Notes under the pieces: generated by a model
What the model was told of the DNA's origin: nothing
What the model saw: only the letters and a program-made list of their open reading frames with translations
The model's database searches: none
Position numbers and translations under genes: made by a program
In this document: positions 12,951 through 24,544 of the stretch, in pieces
Numbering within the stretch: position 1 is the stretch's first letter
Layout: each line of letters starts with the position of its first letter
DNA from: Mobula hypostoma
Lineage: Eukaryota
Length of the DNA stretch: 64,000 nt
NCBI RefSeq assembly: GCF_963921235.1
Contig: NC_086097.1
Coordinates: 138,820,001-138,884,000 of the forward strand
Direction of reading: 5' to 3'

Positions 12951-13029
12951 AATTGTAGGTGCTCAAGTGGTAGGGAGGGCTTTTTCATCCATCACAGGAA
13001 AAGCCCTCCCCACCATTGAGTACATATAA

Positions 13030-15365
13030 AGTCATAGAGACATAGAACAGTACAGCAAAGAAACAGGCCCTTTGGCCCATCTTGTCCGTGCTAAGCTATT
13101 TAATCTGACTACTCCTTTCAACCTACACCCAGACCATAGCTCTCAATATCCTTACCAACCATGTGCCTATCCAAACTTCTCTTAAATGTTGAAATTAAGC
13201 TTGCATGCATCACTTCTGCTGGCAACTCGTTCTGCACTCTCACGATGCTCTGAGTGAAGAAAGTTCCCCTCATGATCCCCTTAAACTTTTCACCTTTCAC
13301 CCATAACTCATGACCTCTAGTTGTAGTTTCCCCCAAACTCAGTGCAAAAGCCTGCTTGCATTTACTCTATCTATACCCCTCATGATTTGGTATACATCTA
13401 TCAAATCTCCACTCAATCTTCTATGTTCCAAGGAATCTCAATAGCTCTCCACACGGCTTTAGACCACCTGGACAACACAAACACCTACGTCAGGATGTTG
13501 TTCATCGACTACAGCTCAGCATTTAATACCATCATTCCCACAATCCTGATTGAGAAGTTGCAGAACCTGGACCTCTGTACCTCCCTCTGCAATTGGATTC
13601 TTGACTTCCTAACTGGAAGACCACAGTCTGTGCAGATTGGTGATAACATATCCTCCTTGCTGACGATCAACACTGGCGCACCTCAGGGGTGTGTGCTTAG
13701 CACACTGCTCTACTCTCTACATACATCTGACTGTGTGGGTAGGCATAGCTCAAGTATCATCTATAAATTTGCTGATGATACAACCATTGTTGGTAGAATC
13801 TCAGGTGGTGATGAGTGGGCGTTCAGGAGCGAGATATGCCAACTAGTGGAGTGGTGCCACAGCAACAACCTGGCACTCAACATCAGTAAGCTGATTGTGG
13901 ACTTCAGGAAGGGTAAGACAAAGGAGCACATACCAATCCTCATAGAGGGATCAGAAGTGGAGAGAGTGAGCAGTTTCAAGTTCCTGGGTGTCAAGATCTC
14001 TGAGGATCTAACATGGTCCCAACATATCGATGTAGTCATAAAGAAGGCAAGACAGTGGCTATACTTCATTAATAATTTGAAGAGATTTAGTATGTCAACA
14101 AATATACTCAAAAACTTCTATAGATGTACCGTGGAGAGCATTCTGACAGGCTGCATCACTGCCTGGTATGGTGGGGGTTGGGGCTACTGCACAGGGTTGA
14201 AAGAAGCTGCAGAAGGTTGTAAATCTAGTCAGCTCCATCTTGGGTACTAATCTACAAAGTACCCAGGACATCTTCAGGGAGCAGTGTCCAGGGCATGCCC
14301 TTTTCTCACCGTTACCATCGGGAAGGAGGTACAGAAGCCTGAAGGCACACACTCAGTGATTCAGGAACAGCTTCTTCCCTCTGCTATCCGATTCTTAAAT
14401 GGATATTGAACCCTTGGACACTACCTCACATTTTTTAATACACAGGATTTCTGTTTTTTGCATGTTTTTTAAATCTACTCAATATACGTATACTGTAATT
14501 GATTTACATATTTATTATTATATAAATTTTTTTTCTCTTCTATATTACGTATTGTACTGAACTGCTGCTGCTAAGTTAACAGATTTTACGTCACATGCTG
14601 GTGATAATAAACCTATTCAATTTTTTCTTATAACTCAGGTCCTCCAGACCCGGCAACATCGTTATAAATTTTCTTTGTACTTTTTCAAACTATTTACATC
14701 TTTCCTGTAAGTAGCTGATCAAAACTGCACACAATACTCCAAATTAGGCCTCACAACTTCAACAACACATCCCATCTTTTGTAAATACTTTGATTTATGA
14801 AGGCCAATATGTCAAAAGCTTTCTTTATGACCCGATCAACCTGTGACACCACTTTCACTGAATTATTGACCTGTATTCCCAGATCCCTTTGTTCTAAAGC
14901 ACTCCTCAGTGTCCTGTGTAAGACCTACCCTGTCTGGTCCTACCAAAGTGGAACACCTCTCACTTGTCTGCATTAAATTCCATCTGCTATTTTTCCAGCT
15001 AGTCTAGATTCCATGACAAGCCATAACAGTCTTCCTCCCTATCCACTACACCCTCAATCTTGGTGCCACCCACAAACTTGCTGATCCAGTTAACCACATT
15101 ATCATGCAGATTGTTGATATAGATGACAAACAACAAGGGACCCAGTTCCAATCCTTACAGCACACCACTAGTCTAAGATCTCAGAGAGGCAACCATCTAC
15201 TACCACTCTCTGGCTTCTCCCACAAAGCCAATGTCTAATCTAATTTAGTACCTCATCTTGAATGCTGAGTGACTGAACCTTCTTGACCCAGCATCCTATG
15301 CGGGATCTTGTTAAATGCCTTGCTAAAGTCCATGTAGACAACATCCACTGCCTTACCTTCATCAA
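13030..15365 (-). mobile_element. CR1 LINE, degenerate, split by a Rex1 insertion (13030-13435 and about 14625-15365)
   Basis: TRGHELWVKGEKF...FFTQ..V C-terminal motif and CR1 tail at left; RT remnants continue after 14625. Confidence 0.85.
13436..14615 (+). mobile_element. Rex1/Babar LINE, 5'-truncated, RT domain largely open
   Basis: [36 protein letters not shown] and FKFLGV motifs in ORF 13342-14250; ends gataataaacct. Confidence 0.93.
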
Positions 15366-16409
15366 TTCTTCTTCTACAAGGACTGCAACATCCATCATCA
15401 AGGACCCCCACCATCCAGGAAAGGAAGAAGATTAAACACAGTTTATTTTTAAGTGAAGCACATTTTCATTCCTGACGAGTAATTCTTAACAGAGATTTAC
15501 AGGATAACTTGCAAAGGATTTCCAAATACAAGTACAATTCTTACAGACTAGAAAAATTTCCAAAGAATTCAGATGAATAAGTCATCTATTACAGAAGCCA
15601 TGGCTGAAGAATGAATTTTGTATCTTCCTTCTGTTGCTCTTAACAACCCTGACAGCCTTTTAACATTTATACAGTTTTTTTCTCTATTAATTGGCATCAT
15701 TGTTAATTGGTGTTTCTCAACTACATTATCATGCTGAATGGAATGTTTAATTAGGTCAATATGTATCTTTTCGATTAGATCATAGTTTAGCTAAGCCAAC
15801 ATGGATTGCATTGTTTCTCTTGATTAAGTCAAGAGGGTGAATAAAGTGTACTGGTTAGAAGTCAAGACGGCAAGGAAAGAAAACAATTAAGAAGTTTAAC
15901 TAATTGAACAACAGTCATCTTGACCTTGGGCAATTTCTGCTGCTGCACCAAGAAAGAATTTACCTTAATGAACAAACCTCTTGACACTTTGGCAGTTTCT
16001 GCTGCTGTGCTAAAATCCTGAGGTTATTAATAAGCCCTTTTGGGGCCCGGAAAGTCAATATCCATCACACCATTCAATTTCAAGGGTAGGTGTTTCTTGT
16101 TGGGTGTGAGACTTGTGACACAAATATTACTTGCTATTTATCAGCCATTAATATGGTCCAAGCCTTGCTCTGTACAGGCCATGTCTGCTTCATTTGCTTA
16201 GGAATTATGAGCTGTACTGACCTGGTTCTGTGACAGATTGACGAAGCAATGGAAGTTGGGTGGGCTTAGAACTCTGCTCTGAGGAATCCCTGCAATGACT
16301 GACCTCCAACAAGCATCACCCTTGGTGCACAGTGTGCCTCCAACCGCTGGAATGTCTCTGGCCACCACCGTGTTGATGTTTGTGGAATCCCTCCTGTGCA
16401 CACAAACAA

Positions 16410-16512
16410 AGGCCACGTTGCTTCGAATGTGACAACAGTGGCTACACTTCAAGGTGCTTCATTGGTTGCAAATCTCTTTGGGTCTTCAGAGGCTTCCATA
16501 GAAATGCAAATG
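16410..16512 (+). mobile_element. Deu-SINE-like 3' tail relic
   Basis: acaacagtggctacacttcaaggtgcttcattggttgcaaatctctttggg...atagaaatgcaa resembles the Deu/AmnSINE 3' region. Confidence 0.55.
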
Positions 16513-17189
16513 CGGTCCTTTGTGTAATGAGTTCGTTGAAATTACACTGACAGCCACTCACCTTCCCCTGATGTTGTTTACCCGCAGAACATAGAAGGCT
16601 GCTCTGGGGAGCCCGTTAAAACATTCTGCAGAAGTGCGCTGATCTCACGGGACCCAGTGCCGGTTTGTTAGTAAAATGAGAAGCTATTTGCATCTTTCAT
16701 TCTTGAATCTGAGAACCAGTCCAGGTAAAGGAGAATTCTTTAATTACAAGTTGGTTTGCCACCTGTGTGCATTACATTTACATCTGCAGCTCTGCATAAT
16801 TAAACCATTTCCTTGATGAATGCCACAAGCTCTTAAACAAGCAGGCTTGTAGAGAATTCAACGCTCCTTTACAAATGCATGCCTTTCAAAGCAGCCCATA
16901 ATTAGTTTAATGATATACTGTAGTGATTAGCAGATCAATTAAGGCCCCCAATTAATGAATTAAAAATAATCACATGACCACGGGCATCCCCTGTGACCAC
17001 TTTGAAGCCGAAGGGATATATTCAAATACCCTGAGTATAAATAACTCAATGGCTAATTTTACATTAGACTGACAGTCAAATAGATCACAGTCACAATCAC
17101 CACATATTTTAGTGCAAGTTAGAGGGTTACATCTGCCAAGAATTTCAATTTCCAAGCAAATTGTGGTCCTGTCAATCTGCATGGGAACA

Positions 17190-17434
17190 TTGCGACACAC
17201 ATCAAAGTTGCTGGTGAACGCAGCAGGCCAGGCAGCATCTCTAGGAAGAGGTACGGTTGACGTTTCGGGCTGAGACCCTTCGTCAGGACAGAAAGACCCT
17301 TCATCCTGACGAAGGGTCTCGGCCCGAAACATCGACTGTATCTCTTCCTAGAGCTGCTGCCTGGCCTGCTGCGTTCACCAGCAACTTTGATGTGTGTTAC
17401 CAGTATTTCCAGCATTTGCAGAATTCCTCGTGTT
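17190..17434. mobile_element. Palindromic non-autonomous Penelope pLTR derivative with two hammerhead motifs
   Basis: About 94-bp inverted arms (17195-17288, 17304-17397) with a 15-bp spacer; 12-bp TSD tgcatgggaaca at 17178-17189 and 17435-17446; homologous to the Penelope end at 29715-29845. Confidence 0.9.
17300..17340 (+). ncRNA. Minimal hammerhead ribozyme motif (Penelope type)
   Basis: CTGACGA-aGGGtctcggCCC-GAAAC-ATC-gactg; mirror copy on the minus strand at about 17252-17291 has a GTC triplet. Stem I pairing is poor in both. Confidence 0.65.
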
Positions 17435-18269
17435 TGCATGGGAACACTGTTAGTTTAGAAATCTAAGTCCTGTTGTGGATCATTAATGTCGCCTGGGACC
17501 TTACATCTCCCAGCAGCACGCGATTATTCCTCAGCCCAAAATTGCTCTCAGTTCTCCTGCTGAGACCTGACTAGCATTTTGGATTTACCTTAACACCAAC
17601 CTACACTTTCATACTTGTCCCCTCCCCTGTCATTAGTTCCTGATACTCATTGCATGTTTCCTTTTCCCTTTTAATCCAGACATCGATATCCCTCAGCATC
17701 TATTGTTTCCTGCACTCGGAACTCTGACAGGAACACGGTGACCCAAACTCCAGCTATTTCTGCTGTGAACATAGACTTACCTACAAATAGATGCCCCCAA
17801 TTTACCTTTGTCATTTCTTCTTTTATGTTAATGACACTGGTTTTCCCCTAATTTAAGACCTTTATTACTGCTCCATCTCTGGTCTTTTCTATAACAACTT
17901 TAAAATATCTCTTCCCAATCTTGTTCTGTAGCTCTCCTCAAATCCCTACATCCTATCTCTATATTCACCCACATCCCTTCTCTCCTCCCAAACTATTCCT
18001 ATCTCTGCCTGTAACTCTTCAAACCTCTACTTGCCTCCTCATCTTGGTAACTTACACCAACCCCTATTCTTCTACCCATCTCTGTAACACCCTCCAACTC
18101 TTACACGATTCCTATCTCTGATTTTTGGATCACTAGATACCTCCCTATCTCTCACCTGCCAGCTGCTACACTGCTCAGTAATTCCAAAATCTCTGCTTAG
18201 GTCCTATTCTGACCTCTATCATCCCTGAGACCACTACAATCTGCACCCTGAACTCAGCACCAGACTCCT

Positions 18270-21240
18270 AAGACCATAAGACCATAAAACATAGGAGCAG
18301 AATTAGGCCATTCGGCCCATCAAGTCTGCTCCACCATTCAATCATGGCTCATCCTTTTTTCCCCCTCCTCAGCCCCTCTTCCCGCCCTTCTCCCCGTAAC
18401 CTTTGATGCCGTGTCCAATCAAGAACCTATCAAGCTCTGTCTTAAATACACCCAACAACCTGGCCTCCACAGCTGCATGTGGTAATAAATTCCACAACTT
18501 CACCGCCCTCTGGCTAGAGAAATTTCTCTGCATCTCTGTTTTAAATGGACACCCCTCTATCCTGAGTCTGTGCCTTCTTGTCCTAGACTCCCCCACTATG
18601 GGAAGCATCCTTTCCACATCTACTCTGTCTAGGCCTTTTAACATTCAAAAGGTTTCAATGAGATCCCCACCCCCCACACCTCCCATCCTTCCAGTGAGTA
18701 CAGACCCAGTGATATCAAACTATCCTCGTATGTAACACTTTCATTCCTGGAATCATTGTTGTGAACTTCATCTGCCAATACATGACAAGATAGACGAGGG
18801 GAGCAAAACTCATTGGCCTTCATCAATCGTGGCATTGAGATTAGGAGCCGAGAGGTTATGTTGCAGCTATATAGGACCCTGGTCTGACCTCACTTGGAGT
18901 ACTGTGCTCAGTTCTGGTCACCTCACTACAGGAAGGATGTGGAAACCATAGAAAGGGTGCAGAGGAGATTTACAAGCATGTTGCCTGGATTGGGAAGCAT
19001 GCCTTATGAGAATAGGTTGAGTGAACTTGGCCTTTTCTCCTTGGAGTGACGGAGGATGAGAGGTGACCTGATAGAGGTGTGTAAGATGATGAGAGGCATT
19101 GATTGTGTGGATAGTCAGAGGCTTTTTCCCCAGGGCTGAAATGGTTAGGATGAGAGGGCACAGTTTTAACGTGCTTGGAAGTCGGTACAGGAGATGTCAG
19201 GGGTAAGTTTTTTATGCAGAGAGTGGTGAGTGCGTGGAATGGGCTGCCAGCAACAGTGGTGGAGGCAGATACGATAGGGTCTTTTACGAGACTCCAGGAC
19301 AGGTATATGGAGCTTAGAAAAATGGAGGGCTATGGGTAACCCTAGGTAATTTCTAAGGTAAGGACATGTTCGGCACTGCTTTGTGGGCCAAAGGGCCTGT
19401 ATTGTGCTGAAGGTTTTCTATGGTCTATGTTTCTAAAACTGTTCACAATACTCAAGGTGAGGCCTCACCAGTGCCGTATAAAACCTCGGCATCACATCCC
19501 TGCTCTTGTCTTCTAGACCTCTTGAAATGAATGCTAGCCTGGCATTTGCCTTCCTCACCACCAATTCTACCTGCATGTTAACCTTTAGGTTGTTCAGCAC
19601 AAAGACTCCCAAGTCCCTTTGCATCTTAGGTTTTTGGATTTTCTCCCCATTTAGAAAATAGTCTGCACATTTATTTCTTCTACCAAAGTGCATGAGCATG
19701 CATTTTTCAACATCGTATTTCATTGGCCACTTTCTTGCCCTAATCTGTCTAACTCCTTCTGCAGCCTTCCTGTTTCCTCAATTCTACTTGCTCCATCTGC
19801 AAACTTGGCGATAAAGTTATCTATTCCATCATCTAAATCACTGATAAACCGCATAAAAAGAAGTGGTCCCAACACTGATCCCTGCGGAACACCACTAGTC
19901 ACTGGCAGCCAACCAGAAAAGGATCCTTGTATTCCCATTCACTGCCTCCTACCAATCAGCCAATGCTCTAACCATGTTAGTAACTTTCCTGTGATACTAT
20001 GGGCTGTTATCTTAGTAAGCAGCCTCATGTGTAGCAGCACCTTGTCAAAGGCCTTCTGAAAATCCAAATATACAACATCCACTGCATCCTCTTTATCTAT
20101 CCCACTTGTAATCTCCTTAAAGAATTCCAACAGGTTCGTCAGGCAAGATTTTCCCTTTAGGAAACCAAGCTGACTTTGTCCTATCTTCTTCTGTGTCACT
20201 AAGTACTTCATAACCTCATCCTTAAAAATTGACTCCAACATCTTCCCAACCACTGAGGTCAGGCTAACTGGTCTATAATTTCTTCTCTGCTGCCTTCCTC
20301 CTTTCTTAAAGAGTGGAGTGACATTTACAATTTTCCAGTCCTCTGACACCATGCCAGAGTCCAATGATTTTTGAAAGATCATTACTAATGCCTCCACAAT
20401 CTCTACCGCTAACTCTTTCAGAATCCTAGGGTGTAGTTCATCTGGTCCGGGTGACCTTAGGTCTTTCAGCTTTTTGAGCACCTTCTCCCTTGTAATAGTA
20501 ACTGCACTCACTTCTCTTCCTTCACACACTACAACATCTGGCTCACTGCTCGTGTCTTCCACAGTGAAGACTGATGCAAAATACCCATTTAGTTCATTAG
20601 CCATCTCCTTGGCCCCCTTTATTATTTCTCCAGTTTCATTTTCTAGTGGTCCTATATTAACTTTCATCTCTCTTTTATTTTTTACATACTTGAAAAAGCT
20701 TTTACTATTCACTTTGATATTACTTGCTAGCTTGCTTTCATATTTCATCTTTTCCCTCCTAATGATTCTTTTAGTTGCTCTCTGTAGGGTTTTAAAAGCC
20801 TCCCAATCCTCTACCTTTCCACTAATTTTTGTTTTGTTGAATGCCCTCTCTTTTGCTTTTACATGATCTTTGACTTCCCTTGTTAGCCACAATTGTACTA
20901 TTCTGCCATTTGAGTATTTCTTTGTTTTTGGAATACACCTATCCTGCACCTTCCTCATTTTCCCCACAAACGCACGCCATTGCTGCTATGCTGACATCCC
21001 TGCCAGTAAGTCCTTGCAATCTACTTTGGCCAACTCCTCTCTCGTACCACTGTAATTTCCTTTACTCCACTGAAATACTGCCATTTTACTTTCTCCCTAT
21101 CAAATTTCAAGTTAAGCTCAGTCATATTGTGATTACTGCCTCCTAAGGGTTATATTACCTTGAGCTCCCTAATCACTTCTGGTTCATTACATTAACACCC
21201 AATCCAGTATAGCTGATCCCCTAGAAGGCTCAATGACGAG
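18270..21240 (-). mobile_element. CR1 LINE ORF2 region (about 2.3 kb), frameshifted, with a nested CR1
   Basis: ORFs 19939-20967, 19720-19938 and 19433-19723: SPGPDELHPRILKEL, NYRPVSLTS, YLDFQKAFDKV, SGVPQGSVLGP, KFAD; (ccataaga)n tail at left. Confidence 0.95.
18811..19434 (+). mobile_element. CR1 3' end inserted in the older CR1
   Basis: TSD aaaact at 18805-18810 and 19435-19440; same subfamily as 21475-22830. Confidence 0.9.
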
Positions 21241-21474
21241 TAAACCTGGTAGACTCCTGTCCTTCTCTATCTCTGACAATGTGACACTGATGTTGGGACT
21301 CCACTAACCCACCTCAAATTCATTAGCTTAGTTTTATCCCAGCTTCTGGTCAATCATTTCCTGTCATATTTTCTTCCTCATGGCCTCTTTCTTGACGACT
21401 GTGCATTAAATCTGACTGGGGAGGAGAGTTACAATTGGGTGTAGGCTTCCCCAATTTGATGAATACTGGGGCTC

Positions 21475-22830
21475 ATAGAAACATAGAAAACCTATAGCAC
21501 AATGCAGTCCCTTCAGCCCACAAAGCTGTGCCGAACACGTCCCTACCTGAGAAATTACCTAGGGTTACCCATAGCCCTCTATTTTTATTTTTCCGAGCTC
21601 CATATACCTGTCCAGGAGTCTCTTAAAAGACCCTATTGTATCCACCTCCACCACTGTCACCAGCAGCCCATTCCATGCACTCACCACTCTCTGCATAAAA
21701 AACTTAGCCCTGACATCTCCTCTGTACCTACTTCCAAGCACCTTAAAACTATGCCCTCTCGTGCTAGCCATTTCAGCCCTGGGAAAAAACCTCTGACTAT
21801 CCACACGATCAATGCCTTTCATCATCTTATACACCTCTATCAGGTCACCTCTCATCCTCCGTCGCTCCAAGGAGAAAAGGCCAAGTTCACTCAACCTATT
21901 CTCATAAGGCATGCTCCCCAATCCAGGCAACATGCTTGTAAATCTCCTCTGCACTCTTTCTATAGTTTCCACATCTTTCCTGTAGTGAGGTGACCAGAAC
22001 TGAGCACAGTACTCCAAGTGGGGTCAGATGAGGGTCCTATATAGCTGCAACATTACTTCTCGGCTCCTAAACTCAGTCCCACGATTAATGAAGGCTAATG
22101 CACTGTACGCTTTCTTAACACAGAGTCAATCTGCGCAGCTGCTTTAAGCATCTTATGGACTCGGACCCCAAGATCCCTCTGATCTTCCACACTGCCAAGA
22201 GTCTTACCACTAATACTATATTCTGCCATCATATTTGACCTACCAAAATGAATCACCTCACACTTATCTGGGTTGAACTCCGTCTGCCAGTTCTCAGCCC
22301 AGTTTTGCATCCTATCAATGTCCTGCTGTAACCTCTGACAGCCCTCCACACTATTCACAACACCTCCAACCTTCGTGTCATCAGCAGATTTACTAACCCA
22401 TCCCTCCACTTCCTCATCCAGGTCATTTATAAAAATCACAAAGAGTAGGGGTCTCAGAAGAAATCCCTGAGGCACACCACTGGTGACCGACCTCCATGCA
22501 TAATATGACCCGTCTACAACCACTCTTTGCCTTCTGTGGGCAAGCCAGTTCTGGATCCACAAAGCAATGTCCCCTTGGATCCCATGCCTCCTTACTTTCT
22601 CAATAGCCTTGCATGGGGTACCTTGTCAAATGCCTTGCTGAAATCCATATACACTACATCTACTACTCGACCTCCATCAATGTGTTTAGTCATATCCTCA
22701 AAAAATTCAATCAGGCTCGTAAGGCACGACCTGCCCTTGACAAAGCTATGCTATTCCTAATCGTATTATGCCTCTCCAAATGTTCATAAATCCTACCTCT
22801 CAGGATCTTCTCCATCAATTTACCAGCCAC
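21475..22830 (-). mobile_element. CR1 LINE, 5'-truncated
   Basis: WIQNWL..RRQRVVVDG, SGVPQG, ADDTKVGG and [15 protein letters not shown] motifs; (catagaaa)n tail. Confidence 0.95.
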
Positions 22831-22831
22831 C

Positions 22832-23525
22832 AACGTGGTTAACAGAGGGTTTCTGGTAAAATGGATCGCCGCCCGTAGCGAGAGTATGCCCGCGGAGTAT
22901 GCCGTTTTTGCTTCTGTGAATTACTAGCCTTTGCGAACTCCGGATCAGGAGAAGCCCAGCCCCCGAGAGGGGGAGGGAAGCCGTGGTGTGTAGAGTTGCC
23001 TTTGAACGACAGTCCCTGATTACAATATGCAAACGGCAGCCCGCTCTGATCTTTCCGGAAAGGCATTACCGACACTTTAAAATAAACCTGGCTGAAGGGG
23101 TAATTGCGGACTCCTTCAATTCCAGCGGAACGTTCCCCCGGGATTTGACTGGTTTCCCTTTATCAACGTGCAATCCCTATTCCCCATCCTCTATCGGCAT
23201 ATTCTGCATACTCTAGTAAGAAGGGCTTTACATCCTCAATGCCTCACGATGACAGAAAGACAGCAACGTCGGAGATGTGCGTGGTCATCCAAATAAACCA
23301 GCGGCAGCCGTCCAGTGCCCTGCCCTGACCTGCCACTGCCGGACAAATACTGAGGGTGTGGCTTCGGGAGCTTCTTGCCAGTGAGAGGTTGCGGGATGGA
23401 CACTTTATCACCTCATAGTCACTCAAGTCCAAACTTAAAACAGGAGGTGCTGGAAACGGAGTTCGAATGCGCAGGAACATTAGCAGTCGCAAAGAACGGT
23501 GAACTCGGCTGAATACGGGCACAAT
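22832..23525. promoter_or_regulatory. CpG island-like unique segment (candidate promoter or enhancer)
   Basis: About 39 CpG in about 690 bp by hand count, against strong CpG depletion in most of the window; no repeat or credible ORF recognised. Confidence 0.5.
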
Positions 23526-23529
23526 CTAA

Positions 23530-24290
23530 TTCTCCCCCACCATCATCGGTAGTGTCCAGAGGAGACAACACCCATCACCGCAGATCCCCACCACTCTGGC
23601 CGTGCCATCTTGTCGCAGTTACCACTGGACAGAAGGTACAGGAGCCTTAAGTCCCATAACCAACAGGTTCATGAACAACATCAAAGGTCCTCACCATCCA
23701 GGCCATGCTCTTTTCTGCTGCTGCCATCAGGTAGAAGGTACAGGAGCCTCAGGACTTGCTCCGCCAGGTTCAAGGACAGTTGCTACCCGCAACCATCAGG
23801 CTCTTGAACAAAAGGGGAAAACCACATTCATTTTATTTCTAGTGTTCCCACAACCGATGGTCTCACTTTAATGACTCCTTATCTTGTTATTTATTGCTAT
23901 TTATTTATATTTGCATAGGTATTGATCATTGATCCTGCTTACAGTTACTTTTCAAAAGATTTGCTAAGTACTGTATGCCCACAGGAGGAACAATCACAGG
24001 GTTGTAGGTGGTGACATGCATGTACTCTGAAAAAAAATTACTTTGAACTACTCCCCTTTCAACCAGTCAGTTCTTGAACCAACATGCACAACCCAAATTA
24101 CTACCTCACTTTAGCAACGTTATTAGGATTTGCACTAAAATGGACTTTGTATTTTGTTTTTGTTCTAATTATTCTTTCTTGTAGAGATTGTGTATAATTT
24201 ATGTGTGATTGATTTTTTTGTGAATGCTGTTTTTCATTGCCCTTGTACATACTCGTACGTTTAACAATAAACTTGACGTTGACTTTAAAT
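23530..24290 (+). mobile_element. Rex1/Babar 3' fragments, several stacked
   Basis: LLPSGRRYRSLRT..ARFKDSCYP motif occurring twice; typical 3' UTRs and tails. Confidence 0.75.
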
Positions 24291-24544
24291 ACTCAGTGGG
24301 TCAGGCCAGATACTTGTTTTCCAATATTTGACATTTATGCGGGGGAGGGGGTGAGGGGAGAAAGATTCTGATGAAGAACTTCCTCAGAACTGGAAGTCCC
24401 CTGAAATCTAACTGGAAGTAAAATAGGAAGAGCCAGTGCTATCAATTTGCCTCCCTATCCTGTCACCCTCGGTTCGGATAGGGCCCAAGTGCAGACTGAG
24501 ACACACTGAAGCAGGTCGATAGATCACAGACTTTATTGCGAATT

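Noticed and set aside
13342..14250. 302-aa host gene
   Set aside because: Chimeric frame: antisense CR1 sequence running into a truncated Rex1 RT.
17195..17397. DNA-transposon MITE or pre-miRNA
   Set aside because: The arms match Penelope pLTR sequence, the element extends asymmetrically beyond the inverted repeat, and the TSD is 12 bp.
22820..23522. Bacterial gene fragment in the CpG-rich segment
   Set aside because: Only short ORFs (up to 92 aa) on both strands with no recognisable protein; kept only as a CpG island candidate.
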